Shown: positions 1 through 9,909, numbered from the stretch's first letter. The stretch: 64,000 nucleotides of DNA from an uncultured Gemmatimonadales bacterium (GCA_963771275.1 CAVYSW010000006.1:128001-192000); one strand, 5' to 3'. Notes: generated from the sequence alone by a model not told the origin. A program made the numbers and translations.

Positions 1-908
1 GCCACCCACCGGTGGATCGCGCGCACAGTATCGTCCCACGAGCGCGCGTCCGCCACCAGCTGGTGGACCTTGTCCCGGAGCGCGGCCGAGAGTCCGTAAC
101 GATCCTTGGCGAGGCCGGCGTACCACGCGGCCAGGGCACCCCACGAGTCCGGGCCGGTCAGCGCGAGGTGCATCACGACACCGTTGGAGTCCGCGGCAAA
201 CGGCTCGGCCCGGAAGCGCGGCACGTCGGCCGTCGCCCACACATAGGTCGCGCGCCCGTTCGCGTGGGTTTCACGCCGCGGGAAGTTCAGGTTCCACTCG
301 CGAATCGTGAGGGGGAAGCTCTCCGGCACGTCCACGATGAGGCGCGACCGCCGGGTGGTGAGAGCGGTGGTGACGCTCCAGCTGTCGTAGAAATCCCCAG
401 GGCGGTAGGGCTTCGTCTCTTCCTGGGTGTAGCTGTAGTCCACCAGCGTCCCCACGGCAACGCCCGACAGCGACGCCCGGATGACACGCCGATCGGAGTA
501 GACGGGGTCACCCATCGCGGCGGGGACGTCGGATTCCTGCATGTGCGCTGGAGCCGCGCTGATCACGGTCCCGTCGGGCTTCACGACGCGGATCCAATTG
601 ATCGTCAGCTTCTGATGGCTCGGGGTGTACGAGAAGCGGTGCTCCTGCTCGGCCGCGACGCCGCCTTCCCGGAGGATCTGGACCACCTGCCGATAGGTCT
701 TCGACCAGCGGCCGTCCGCCTCATAGCGGACCACGCCATCGTCCAAGAGGAAGGCACTTGCCTCCTCGGGGTGATCGGCCGAGTCGACCGCCAAGGCGTA
801 GATCGTGTCGTTCCGGACCGACGGATCGCCTCTGGTGGTGATGCGCGGCGCCTGGGCGGCCAGCGTGGAAGCCGCGAGCGCCAGGGCAAGCAGAACCGAG
901 CGGAACAT
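1..908 (-). CDS. DUF3857/transglutaminase-like secreted protein (3' end runs off the window)
   Basis: Not in the ORF track. Manual translation from ATG at 908: MFRSVLLALALAASTLAAQAPRITTRGDPSVRNDTIY...KTYRQVVQIL...RVVKPDG...YSDRRVIRASLSGVAVGTLVDYSY...AIHRWV. Signal peptide plus a DUF3857-type pattern, open to position 1. Confidence 0.75.
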   Translation of the reverse strand, partial: MFRSVLLALALAASTLAAQAPRITTRGDPSVRNDTIYALAVDSADHPEEASAFLLDDGVVRYEADGRWSKTYRQVVQILREGGVAAEQEHRFSYTPSHQKLTINWIRVVKPDGTVISAAPAHMQESDVPAAMGDPVYSDRRVIRASLSGVAVGTLVDYSYTQEETKPYRPGDFYDSWSVTTALTTRRSRLIVDVPESFPLTIREWNLNFPRRETHANGRATYVWATADVPRFRAEPFAADSNGVVMHLALTGPDSWGALAAWYAGLAKDRYGLSAALRDKVHQLVADARSWDDTVRAIHRWV

Positions 909-1040
909 GGCAGTGACCTCGACGCGAACGCGTGGGTGATCGGCTGTCGGCCTCGGGGGACTCGTCAGGTGATCGTGATACTGAGGTCCGGCCATGTTGT
1001 CGACAGGGGTGGTGCGTCGCCGAGCCGGTGCTCTCCCAGG

Positions 1041-2495
1041 CTAGCTCGGCGCGATACTCGGCGCCAGAACGGGGTTGAGAATGTAGCGGATGACGTCTGC
1101 CGCCGAATACCCGCTTCCGCCCGCGCGCACCAGCGGTGCGATGTGCGCCACGTCATCGCCGATGGTCACGATCGGCGGCTCGACGTAACCATCCTCGCGC
1201 CATTGCGGGAAGCCTGCGGTCGCATTGAGCGCATTGCACAGGCAGACGCAGCCGACCGTGTCCGCCGCATCGCCGCCATTCCGGACGTAGTCGTCCACGG
1301 GTCCGGCAGGGCAGCGATAGCCGATGGAGCCGTCGTCCTTCTTGAACAGCGTGCGCAGAAAGCACAGGTCGCACACCCGCGCCCGCGCCGCGCGCACGCG
1401 CTCGTCCGAGAGCGTGCCGTCCAAGCAGAGGACCTTGAAGGGGAAGCCGGTCGGCGACGCGGTGGCGCTGGTGAGGATCAGCGCCCGGCCCTCGCGCGCC
1501 TCGCGCAGCACGCGGCGCTTCAACACCGGATCCATGCCGGATTCGTCGCACAGGGCGAAGGGGGTGCCGACCTGAATGCCCGCCGCCCCGGCGGCCAGCG
1601 CCGCGCGCAGCCGATCCGGATGTCCGTAGCCGCCGGCCAGCCAGAAGGGAACGCCAAAGCCCCGCAGCTTTTCGGGATCGACCAGATCCCGCTCGCCGTA
1701 GATCGGCTCGCCCCGTTCGTTCAGGAGGAGCGGACCCCGCGGCGGGGCATTGTGCCCGCCCGCGGTGGGTCCTTCCACCACGAAGCCGTCCACCGAGCCT
1801 TCGCTGCGCTTGAGCAGGGCGCGCGCCAGCACCGCGGACGAGATGATCGGGATGAACTTCGGGCGCTTCAGCTGGCCGATGCGGCGCGCGATGCCGGCGA
1901 ACAGGCGCTCGGGATCGAAATGAATCCGCGCGTCGTCGTCGGGCTTCATGCCCAGCACGTCGAGCCGGTAGGAGACGGGCTCGTGACGCGCCAGCTTGTC
2001 CACCACCGCGGCGATCTGGGTCGGGATCCCGGCCCCCATCAGCAGATAGTCCACGCCCGCGAGCATCGCCCCGTAGATCGAGGCCAGGTTGGGCAGCTGG
2101 ATCTTCTCGAGCAGGTTGATGCCCACCGGTCGCGAGTGGCCCTGTTTGGCCAGGAACACCTCGACGTAGTTCGCGATCACCGTAAACTGGTCCGCAAAAC
2201 GCGACGGACGGACCGTGTACGCAGGGGGACTCTGGTAGGGCGCGTTGGGCGCCTTGCCACCCGGAACGAAGTAGCGCCGCAGGGCCTTCTCCACCGACTC
2301 CGGGAACCGGAAGCTCTCGAGCGCGCGGCGCATGTGGCCGCCGGGATCCCCATCCGTCAAGCGGCTGGTCAACACCCGGGTCATTCCGGTACCGGAGACC
2401 ACGCCGAGTTGCCCGAGGCGCGACACGGTACTGGCCAGGCGCCAGTTGGAGATGGCGACGCCCATGCCACCCTGGATGATCATGGGACAACTCAC
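1041..2495 (-). CDS. Nitronate monooxygenase/FabK-like flavin oxidoreductase with Cys-rich C-terminus
   Basis: IIQGGMG, EGPTAGGH, LAGG, GIQVGT motifs. Start placed at GTG 2495 with GGAG upstream (alternative ATG 2483). Confidence 0.85.
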   Translation of the reverse strand: MSCPMIIQGGMGVAISNWRLASTVSRLGQLGVVSGTGMTRVLTSRLTDGDPGGHMRRALESFRFPESVEKALRRYFVPGGKAPNAPYQSPPAYTVRPSRFADQFTVIANYVEVFLAKQGHSRPVGINLLEKIQLPNLASIYGAMLAGVDYLLMGAGIPTQIAAVVDKLARHEPVSYRLDVLGMKPDDDARIHFDPERLFAGIARRIGQLKRPKFIPIISSAVLARALLKRSEGSVDGFVVEGPTAGGHNAPPRGPLLLNERGEPIYGERDLVDPEKLRGFGVPFWLAGGYGHPDRLRAALAAGAAGIQVGTPFALCDESGMDPVLKRRVLREAREGRALILTSATASPTGFPFKVLCLDGTLSDERVRAARARVCDLCFLRTLFKKDDGSIGYRCPAGPVDDYVRNGGDAADTVGCVCLCNALNATAGFPQWREDGYVEPPIVTIGDDVAHIAPLVRAGGSGYSAADVIRYILNPVLAPSIAPS

Positions 2496-2696
2496 GCCGG
2501 AGCTCCGGGGCGTGAGGGACTCGTCGCTGGGTATCGCATCTGGTACAAGATAACGGGGCCGGGTCCGGATGTCCTGTCCGGCGCACGCCGCTACGAGATC
2601 GGACCGGGGGCGAGGCCTCCCGGCGCGCTTGACCGCCACCCCGATGAGGCCCTAGCCTTCGCCATCCCACAGGACCGTAGTGCGAGAGCCCGCGCG

Positions 2697-3560
2697 ATGC
2701 CCACCTGCTTCTTCGTCTCGGATCTGCACGGCCATCGTGACCGGTACGACACGCTGTTCGATGCGATCGAGCGGGAGCGGCCCGCGGCGGTGTTCCTCGG
2801 CGGGGATCTCCTGCCCCACGTGATGGCCTCGCTCGACTCGACCGCCCCGCTGTCCCACGACTTCCTCGACCGCTATCTGGTCCCCGGCTTCGCCCGCGTG
2901 CGACGGCGCCTCGCCACCGCCTACCCGCGGGTGTTCCTGATCCTCGGCAACGACGACGCCCGCGTGGAGGAGCAAGCGGTGCAGGACGCCGGCGCCGACG
3001 ACCTGTGGGAGTACGCGCACGAGCGGCGGATTCCCTGGGGCCCCTGGGACGTGGTCGGCTACGCCTGGGTCCCGCCCACGCCGTTCCGCCTCAAGGACTG
3101 GGAGCGCTACGACGTGTCCCGCCACGTGGAGCCGGGCTGCAGCACGCCGGAAGAGGGCTGGCACAGCGTTCCCGTGGACGTGCGGCAGATCCGGTTCGCG
3201 ACGATCCGCCAGGATCTCGACCGCCTGGCGGAGGCCGGCGACCCGCACCGCACCGTGTTCCTGTTCCACACGCCGCCGTACGACACGGCGCTCGATCGGG
3301 CGGCCCTGGACGGGAAGCAGGTCGACCACGCGCCGCTCGACGTGCACGTGGGGAGCATCGCCGTGCGGCGGTTCATCGAGCAGCACCAACCGCTGCTCAC
3401 GCTGCACGGCCACGTCCACGAGTCGGCGCGCCTCACGGGCCGCTGGCGCGAGCGGATCGGCCGGACCCACGCGTTCTCCGCCGCGCACGACGGGCCGGAG
3501 CTCGCGCTGGTGCGGTTCGATCCCGCAGCGCTCGATGCGGCGACGCGCGAGCTGCGCTAG
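2697..3560 (+). CDS. Calcineurin-like metallophosphoesterase (Icc-related)
   Basis: C-terminal part of ORF 12..3560, starting at ATG 2697. Motifs SDLHG, GGDL, GNDD, FHTPP, HGHVHE. Confidence 0.88.
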   Translation: MPTCFFVSDLHGHRDRYDTLFDAIERERPAAVFLGGDLLPHVMASLDSTAPLSHDFLDRYLVPGFARVRRRLATAYPRVFLILGNDDARVEEQAVQDAGADDLWEYAHERRIPWGPWDVVGYAWVPPTPFRLKDWERYDVSRHVEPGCSTPEEGWHSVPVDVRQIRFATIRQDLDRLAEAGDPHRTVFLFHTPPYDTALDRAALDGKQVDHAPLDVHVGSIAVRRFIEQHQPLLTLHGHVHESARLTGRWRERIGRTHAFSAAHDGPELALVRFDPAALDAATRELR

Positions 3561-3618
3561 TGCCGTTGCAGCGCGCGGCGGTTGGAGCGGACGAGCGGCG
3601 AATGGCGTTGGACCGGTC

Positions 3619-6600
3619 CTAGAGGGCGCGCGCCCCCTTCATGGCCAGCGGCCGGGCCGCGTCGGTCACCGCGCCGACTTTCGCGGCAAAGCTCGACTTG
3701 CGCTGGACATCGTCGTCGGTGATGTAGTGGACGTCCAGCAGCCCCGCCGTCTTGACGCCGGTCCGCAGGAAGTTGAGCTCCGCGAGACTCAGGCTCCATC
3801 CCTCGAACCACGCCGTAAGCGCGCGGTGGTGCGCTTCCGCTCCGTCGTAATGCACCAGCAGGTCGATGTCGCTCCCCGCGCCGCACGTCGCGTTCTTGGT
3901 TGATCCGATCAGGTACATCGCCCGCACGCCGAACCGCTCGGGGTCGAGCTGCGCCGCGACGCGCTCGCCCATGTGCAACCTCCAGCGCCAGTGGAACTCG
4001 CGCGCCTCGTGCTCCCGCCGCCGATCCTGGGATACCTCGGAGAGCGCCGCCGGGGCGGCCAGCAACGCCACCGCGCGGTCCTGATCGCCGTTCATCAGGA
4101 CCCGGAGCACCAGGCCGCCGGAGGCCTGCGGGACGTCGATCACCCGGACGGTGCCCGCCAGCCGGGCGTGCTCCGGAAGCAGCTCCGGGAGCACGTTGGG
4201 GGAGTGGAGCAGGAAGTCTTCGTTGAACACGTTGTCGGGCTCGTCGGGATAGAGCGGGAGGTAGCGGATCGACGCCTCGACGAGGTCCTGGAAGAAGTGC
4301 GTGCCGAAGGAGAGGTCCGGCATGTAGTTCCCCTCCTTCCGGGCAATCTCGACCAGCATGGCCGCGTTGTTGATCTCGGAGTAGGTGACGCTCACCCCGA
4401 GCTTGATGTCGCCGCGGCTTCCCCAGCGGCCCGGGCCCATCAGGATGAACCGGCGCTTGGGGAGCTGCTTGTTGAGCTTCCCCACGACCCGGCCGACCTC
4501 CCTGAGCGCCGCGAGGTCCTCCAACTCCTTGTAAGCGGCCGGGTCCACGTAGACGATGTGCGTGATCTCGGGCACCCGACCGTTCGAAACGTAGCGGTTG
4601 GCCGTGAACAGGACGCGGTCTCTCGGCAGGTCCGCCGGGATGAGCGCGGGCGTCGCCTCCGTAGCGTAGCTCTGCGGCCGGCATTGCAGGAGATACAGGT
4701 GCGCGCCGTCGTGGGCGAACTCCACGTCCACCGGCACGGCGAGCTTGTCCTGCAACAGCTTGAGCAGGGCGCGCATCTGCATCACGAACGGCGTCCGCGT
4801 CACCAAACCGTCAAACGTCACCACCACGTCGTCCTTCTCGAAATCCACCTGCATCCCGAGGGGCCGGCGGATCGTGCCGTCTTCCACGATGGACACGATG
4901 TCGCCGATCTGCGGGAATGCGCTCCCGCAGTCCTTCAGCAGCTCGCGGAAATTCACCGACTCGAACGACCGGGTCTCCAGATTGATGGCGTCCACCATTG
5001 TGGGCGAGTAGCGCAACACCTCGTCGGGTGAGACGTTGACGCGCAGCCCCGGTTGCCCGGGCGCAATCAGCACCGGATAGTCGTCACCCAGCCGGTCGAC
5101 CGCGCGCGTGCCGAGCCCAGGCACCAGCCGCAGCAGCCCATCGTCGCGCCGGATCCGGGCCGACCAGCGGAACTCGTTGTTGCTGAACGCCACCCCGGAG
5201 AACGCCGGCAGGAAGTGGTCGCCCACACGCGTGCCGACCACCTCCTGGATCATGATCCCCATCTCCTCGTGCAGATCGAGCATGCCGCGCTCGGCGCGGT
5301 ACTCGATGGGGTCAGGCGCGAAGATCGAGGCGTAGACCTCCGCGATCGCGTCCTGCAGCGCCGTGAGACGTTCCTTGCGGGTTCCCAGGTTCGCGAGGAA
5401 CAGGCTCTTGTACTTGCCGGAGAAGGCGGCACCCATGCGGTCTTCCAGCAGGCTCGAGCTGCGCACGATGAGCGGCCGGTCGTCCATGTCGTCGAGCACC
5501 AGCGCCAGGCCCTTTGCGATCTCCGTCGAGAAGTGCGAGTTCTTGAACACCTGGACGATGTGCGGGTACTCGCGCCGAATCTGCTCCAGCTCGAGGTACT
5601 TCCGGTCGTAGACATCCTCGAGGTGGTTGTCCTGGATGAAATCGAGCACGCCGTCCGACGTGATGTACCAGGTCTTCGGCACCCGGATGTCCGCCAGCAC
5701 GTCGGCGTACGCGGGCGAGCGCTGCACGATCTTGGCGGCGAGGATCAGGCCGGCGCTCTTCCCCCCCAGCTTGCCGTGGCCCCTGGCCGGGCAGATGATC
5801 CGCTGGGTGAGATCGAAGAAGTCGCTGACCTGGATGTAGTTCTTCGCGGTGTTCATGAAGCCGAGCTCGTCCGAGAAGAACCGCCGTACTAGCCCGACGC
5901 GGAGCGCGGTCTGGACCGGCCGGGTCAGGTCCGCCTCGTCCACGCCCACGAAGCGGAACCGCTGGATCGCCTCGGCGAGGTCCGTGAGCGTCGTGGCCGG
6001 GCGCTCCAACGCCTCCAGGAGAAAGCTCGACTTGTCGTCCTTGATCCACTTCTGGATCCGACTGAGGATCTCGTCCACGTCGAGCTGCGCCGCCGCGATC
6101 CGGAAGGTCGCGTCGGCGATGTCGAGCAGATCCTGCAGACTCTTCTTCTCCACCGGTCGATTGTCTTCGAACGGAATCCGCTCCGCAGCGTCGAGGTCGG
6201 GTGCGAACCGCTGCAGCAGCTCCTGGGCCTCCTCGACCCCGTTCCAGCACAGGTGGTTCAGCATCTTGCGGGCGAGGCGGATGAGCAGGTGGCGGTCGGT
6301 ATGGCGCAGGAAGTCGATGATGACCCACCAGTCCGGCTCTTCCTCCGTAGCCGTCATGTCCCGCGACGCCGCCTGCCACTCGCGGATCGCCCCCTGGAGG
6401 CGGCGCTGGACCAGGTACTGGCCGATGCGCTCGGCGACCGTGTCGATCAGCTTGCGCTCTTCCTTGAGAAACGGCCCCTCGTCGGAGCGGGGCATGACCC
6501 GCGTGTAGTAGACCTCGACGCGGCCCAACGTCCGGCCTTGGACGGAGATGTCGGCCGTCTGCACCCACGGCGTTTCCTGGAACCCCGGAGGCTCGTAGAC

Positions 6601-6807
6601 GGTCTCCTCGATGACGAGCCGCGCCTGGCATATGCTGGGGTACTGATAGCCCGGAGGAATCGTCTCGAGGATGCCGCGGAAGATCTCGTCGGGCGTGGCG
6701 TCCGGCTGGTTGATCCGCTCGTCCACCTGATAGAGGCAGTTGAGCTCTTTGGCGCGCTCCTGGAGCGCCTCGAGAATCTTGTCGATCGGCTGGTGCGGAT
6801 GACTCAT
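3619..6807 (-). CDS. PEP synthase/PPDK-like nucleotide-binding (ATP-grasp) protein with N-terminal GAF-like region and C-terminal nucleotidyltransferase domain
   Basis: ATG 6807 (MSHPHQP). Motifs GGKSAGL, VRSSSLLED, FSGKY, IQEVVG, GLG, DVEFA, LQCRP; then GRWGS...SFGTHFF; C-terminal LIGS-x9-SDIDLLV...LDVH. Confidence 0.85.
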   Translation of the reverse strand: MSHPHQPIDKILEALQERAKELNCLYQVDERINQPDATPDEIFRGILETIPPGYQYPSICQARLVIEETVYEPPGFQETPWVQTADISVQGRTLGRVEVYYTRVMPRSDEGPFLKEERKLIDTVAERIGQYLVQRRLQGAIREWQAASRDMTATEEEPDWWVIIDFLRHTDRHLLIRLARKMLNHLCWNGVEEAQELLQRFAPDLDAAERIPFEDNRPVEKKSLQDLLDIADATFRIAAAQLDVDEILSRIQKWIKDDKSSFLLEALERPATTLTDLAEAIQRFRFVGVDEADLTRPVQTALRVGLVRRFFSDELGFMNTAKNYIQVSDFFDLTQRIICPARGHGKLGGKSAGLILAAKIVQRSPAYADVLADIRVPKTWYITSDGVLDFIQDNHLEDVYDRKYLELEQIRREYPHIVQVFKNSHFSTEIAKGLALVLDDMDDRPLIVRSSSLLEDRMGAAFSGKYKSLFLANLGTRKERLTALQDAIAEVYASIFAPDPIEYRAERGMLDLHEEMGIMIQEVVGTRVGDHFLPAFSGVAFSNNEFRWSARIRRDDGLLRLVPGLGTRAVDRLGDDYPVLIAPGQPGLRVNVSPDEVLRYSPTMVDAINLETRSFESVNFRELLKDCGSAFPQIGDIVSIVEDGTIRRPLGMQVDFEKDDVVVTFDGLVTRTPFVMQMRALLKLLQDKLAVPVDVEFAHDGAHLYLLQCRPQSYATEATPALIPADLPRDRVLFTANRYVSNGRVPEITHIVYVDPAAYKELEDLAALREVGRVVGKLNKQLPKRRFILMGPGRWGSRGDIKLGVSVTYSEINNAAMLVEIARKEGNYMPDLSFGTHFFQDLVEASIRYLPLYPDEPDNVFNEDFLLHSPNVLPELLPEHARLAGTVRVIDVPQASGGLVLRVLMNGDQDRAVALLAAPAALSEVSQDRRREHEAREFHWRWRLHMGERVAAQLDPERFGVRAMYLIGSTKNATCGAGSDIDLLVHYDGAEAHHRALTAWFEGWSLSLAELNFLRTGVKTAGLLDVHYITDDDVQRKSSFAAKVGAVTDAARPLAMKGARAL

Positions 6808-6872
6808 ATCACGCTCCGGATCTCCCGCTGGGCGCGCCCAGCGCCTCGATGGCCGAGTGAGCGTCCGCCAGA

Positions 6873-8615
6873 CTATGCACGCACCACACCTCTCCCCGTG
6901 CGACCATCCACTTTCACCACCAGGGGCGCGTCGAGCCGCACGTGCCGCACGAAGTCGGTTTCCGCCACCGCCCGCTGCCGCGCGAGCCAGTCCCAATCGA
7001 GCCGATCGGGGCCGTCGTGGCGCACGCAGAAGTAGCTCACCTGGAAGCTCGAGATGTTGTGGAAGAAATGCGAGCCCTGGCTCAGGTCCACGTTCATCGC
7101 GGGCAGCGTCGCCTCGACGATCGCCTTGGCACCCCCGATTTGCCCCCACGCCACGGGGATGCCGAGCGACGGATCGGAGCTGCCCCACCGTCCGAAGCCG
7201 ATGAGCAGGTAGGGGCGCCGCCCGTCCACCAGGGCGTCGTTCCGCGCGGCGACGTCGAGCGCGACGAGCCGGCTCGCCTTCGGCTCGAACCGCTCGGGCC
7301 GCACGTAGACGATGTCGTGGATGCCCTGCACTACCCCGTTGCCCATCACGTTGCCGGACGCCAGCACCAGCCCCTCGGGGCGGAGGTCATCGTCGGTCAG
7401 CTCGATGAACTCGTGCGACACGACCAGCGGGCGGACCTGGAGGAATCCGAATCGACTGACGGGCTCCGCCTCATCCCCGATCGTGATCGCGAACTCGATC
7501 TCGACCTTCTCGCCGAGCGCCCGCTCACTGTCCGCCAGCAGCCGACGCACGACCGCATTGAGTGGCGCCACCTCGTGCACGAGGAGCGGCGCGAACGTCA
7601 CGACCCGGGGCCCCGGGCGCCCGGTGCCGGGCGTGAGCCGGTCCGACGCCGGATCGTAGGTCGACGCGACATGATGCAGTGTCCCGTCCTGCTCGGCGTT
7701 GGCGAGGCCGGCCTGCAACAGGTACTCGGTCTCGCGAATCGGATCGTAGGCGGGGGGCTTTCCCATGTTGACCGCCCAGAATTCGGACTGGGTCTGGGCC
7801 AGCGTCTCCGCCGCCGACGCGAAGGGCGGCGCCGTCCTGGGCCAGGCCGGCGAGTAGCTCCAGACCAGCCCCCCGTCGACGATCGTCTTGCCGAGGCCGA
7901 GCGCCAGGTTCACGACACCGTCCTCGGGCTGCGCGTGGCCGGAGCGGTAGAAGTTGTACGAGCGGGCGACGCCGGAGACGTCGGGATAGAACCGGTCGCC
8001 GTGGCGCCGACCGACGACTTCCTGGATCAGGACGGCCATCTTCTCGTCCTCGATCCGGTGGTCCGTCATCCGGACGTAGCGCCGCGCGTTGGCGAAGAAG
8101 GTCGAGGCGTAGACGTACTTGACCGCCTCCACCAGCTGGCGGAACCGCGCATCCGGCTCCAGCTGGTTGTTGGGGATCATCTTGGTGCCGTAGACCCCGG
8201 CGAACGGGCGGTACAGCGCATCCTCGAGCAGGCTGGACGAGCGCACCGCGAGCGGCTGGTGCACCTGCTGCACGAGCGCCCGCAGGTCGCCAAGCAGCTC
8301 GGTGGGAAGGTCGGCCCGCTGGAACGCGCCGGCGATGCGGTCGTCGGGGAGGCTCTCGGCGACCACGTCCCGGAGCCGATTGCGCTCCATGAACGCGTCG
8401 AACAGGTCGGTGGCGACGACCGTGAGGGTGGGGATCTCGACGGCACACCCGGGGAACGTGCCCGGCTCAAGGCTCGCGAGGAGCAGCTGGTGGATGCGGA
8501 GGAGACCTGCAGCCTTGCCGCCGACCGCGCCACGCCCGATGCGGGTGAACCGCTCCTTGCCGTCGAAGAACTGACGGTCGAACTGCGGAACGTCCGGAAC
8601 GGGCGGGCCGTTCAC
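6873..8615 (-). CDS. PEP synthase/PPDK-like nucleotide-binding domain protein (paralog of the downstream gene)
   Basis: GGKAAGL, VRSSSLLED, FAGVY, IQEVVG, SGVARS, GLG, EIEFA, LQVRP, GRWGSSDP, SQGSHFF. Confidence 0.85.
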   Translation of the reverse strand: MNGPPVPDVPQFDRQFFDGKERFTRIGRGAVGGKAAGLLRIHQLLLASLEPGTFPGCAVEIPTLTVVATDLFDAFMERNRLRDVVAESLPDDRIAGAFQRADLPTELLGDLRALVQQVHQPLAVRSSSLLEDALYRPFAGVYGTKMIPNNQLEPDARFRQLVEAVKYVYASTFFANARRYVRMTDHRIEDEKMAVLIQEVVGRRHGDRFYPDVSGVARSYNFYRSGHAQPEDGVVNLALGLGKTIVDGGLVWSYSPAWPRTAPPFASAAETLAQTQSEFWAVNMGKPPAYDPIRETEYLLQAGLANAEQDGTLHHVASTYDPASDRLTPGTGRPGPRVVTFAPLLVHEVAPLNAVVRRLLADSERALGEKVEIEFAITIGDEAEPVSRFGFLQVRPLVVSHEFIELTDDDLRPEGLVLASGNVMGNGVVQGIHDIVYVRPERFEPKASRLVALDVAARNDALVDGRRPYLLIGFGRWGSSDPSLGIPVAWGQIGGAKAIVEATLPAMNVDLSQGSHFFHNISSFQVSYFCVRHDGPDRLDWDWLARQRAVAETDFVRHVRLDAPLVVKVDGRTGRGVVRA

Positions 8616-8622
8616 GTGCCCA

Positions 8623-9909
8623 TCAGACCCAGCCGCGATCGCGACAGGCCTGGGCCACGCGGCTCACCCCGATCACATACGCGGCGTCGCGCATGTACAG
8701 CTTCCGCTTGCGCGCGAGCTCGCTCACGGCGACGTAGGCCGACGTCATCTTGACGTCGAGCTTGCCCAGCACCTCGTCCTTCTGCCAGAAGTAGTTCGCA
8801 TTGGACTGTACCTGCTCGAAATAGCTGCAGGTGACGCCGCCGGCATTGGCCAGGAAATCGGGGATGATGAAGATGCCTCGCTGCTGGATCACCGCGTCCG
8901 CCTCGGGGGTCGTGGGTCCGTTGGCGCCCTCGGCGATGAGGCGGACGCGCTGGTGGATCTTCCCGACGTTCTCCGCGGTGATCTGGTTCTCGATCGCGTT
9001 GGGCATCAGGATGTCCACGTCCTGCTCGAGCCAGGCGTCACCGGGCAGGACCTCATAGCCCAGGTCCGCGGCCTTCTTCTTGTCGATACCGCCGAACCGA
9101 TCGGTGATGCCGAGTAGCGCATCGAGGTCGATACCGTCCTTCTTCCGGTAGGCGTACGACGCCTGATCGGTCTGGTCCCAGCAGGAGACGCACACCACTT
9201 TGCCGCCGATCTGGTCGTACAGCCTGATGGCGTACTGGGCCACGTTGCCGAAGCCCTGTACGCTCGCCGTGGTGTCTGCCGGTCGCAGCCCCAGCTCCTT
9301 GAGCGCCTCGCGCACCGCGAACACCACGCCAAACCCGGTCGCCTCGGCCCGACCGAGCGATCCGCCCAGGTTCACCGGCTTGCCCGTGATGAACCCCGGG
9401 TAGCGGCCGCCGTGGATCGTCTCGAACTCGTCGAGCATCCAGACCATGTGCTGGGCTGAGGTCATGACATCGGGCGCCGGGATGTCGCGCACCGGCCCCA
9501 TGTCCCGGGCGATCTGGCGCACCCAGCCGCGGCAGATCTGCTCCTGCTCCCGCATGCTGAGGTTGTGAGGGTCGCAGATCACGCCGCCCTTGCCGCCGCC
9601 CAGCGGGATGTCCACCACGGCGCATTTCCAGGACATCCACATGGCCAGCGCGCGGACGGTGTCGATCGTCTCCTGGGGGTGGAACCGGATGCCACCCTTG
9701 CTGGGGCCACGGGCGTCGTTGTGCTGCACGCGGAATCCGCGGAACACGCGGATGCGCCCGTCGTCCATGTGCACCGGAATCGCGAACTGGTACTCCCGGA
9801 CCGGGTAGCGGAGCAGGTCCCGGGTGGCCTGGTCCAGGCCCAGGATCTCCGCCACGTGGTCGAACTGCGTCTGCGCCATCTCAAACGAATTGAAGGCCTT
9901 TCCAGCCAT
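8623..9909 (-). CDS. gdhA: Glu/Leu/Phe/Val dehydrogenase (glutamate dehydrogenase)
   Basis: RGPSKGGIRFHP, GGGKGG, PAPDV, TGKP, GFGNVA, EGANGP, PDFLANAGGV. Confidence 0.93.
   Translation of the reverse strand: MAGKAFNSFEMAQTQFDHVAEILGLDQATRDLLRYPVREYQFAIPVHMDDGRIRVFRGFRVQHNDARGPSKGGIRFHPQETIDTVRALAMWMSWKCAVVDIPLGGGKGGVICDPHNLSMREQEQICRGWVRQIARDMGPVRDIPAPDVMTSAQHMVWMLDEFETIHGGRYPGFITGKPVNLGGSLGRAEATGFGVVFAVREALKELGLRPADTTASVQGFGNVAQYAIRLYDQIGGKVVCVSCWDQTDQASYAYRKKDGIDLDALLGITDRFGGIDKKKAADLGYEVLPGDAWLEQDVDILMPNAIENQITAENVGKIHQRVRLIAEGANGPTTPEADAVIQQRGIFIIPDFLANAGGVTCSYFEQVQSNANYFWQKDEVLGKLDVKMTSAYVAVSELARKRKLYMRDAAYVIGVSRVAQACRDRGWV

Noticed and set aside
12..2696. N-terminal ~895 aa of the 1182-aa plus-strand ORF
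   Set aside because: Antisense shadow of the DUF3857 and NMO genes. Only the part from ATG 2697 has real motifs.
3619..4000. MNT-HEPN toxin-antitoxin or CBASS-type defence system
   Set aside because: The NTase is a fused C-terminal domain, and no HEPN, effector or Cap genes are nearby.
3619..8615. Annotation as true PEP synthase (ppsA) or PPDK
   Set aside because: No C-terminal PEP/pyruvate TIM barrel and no canonical GGxTSHAA motif in either protein.
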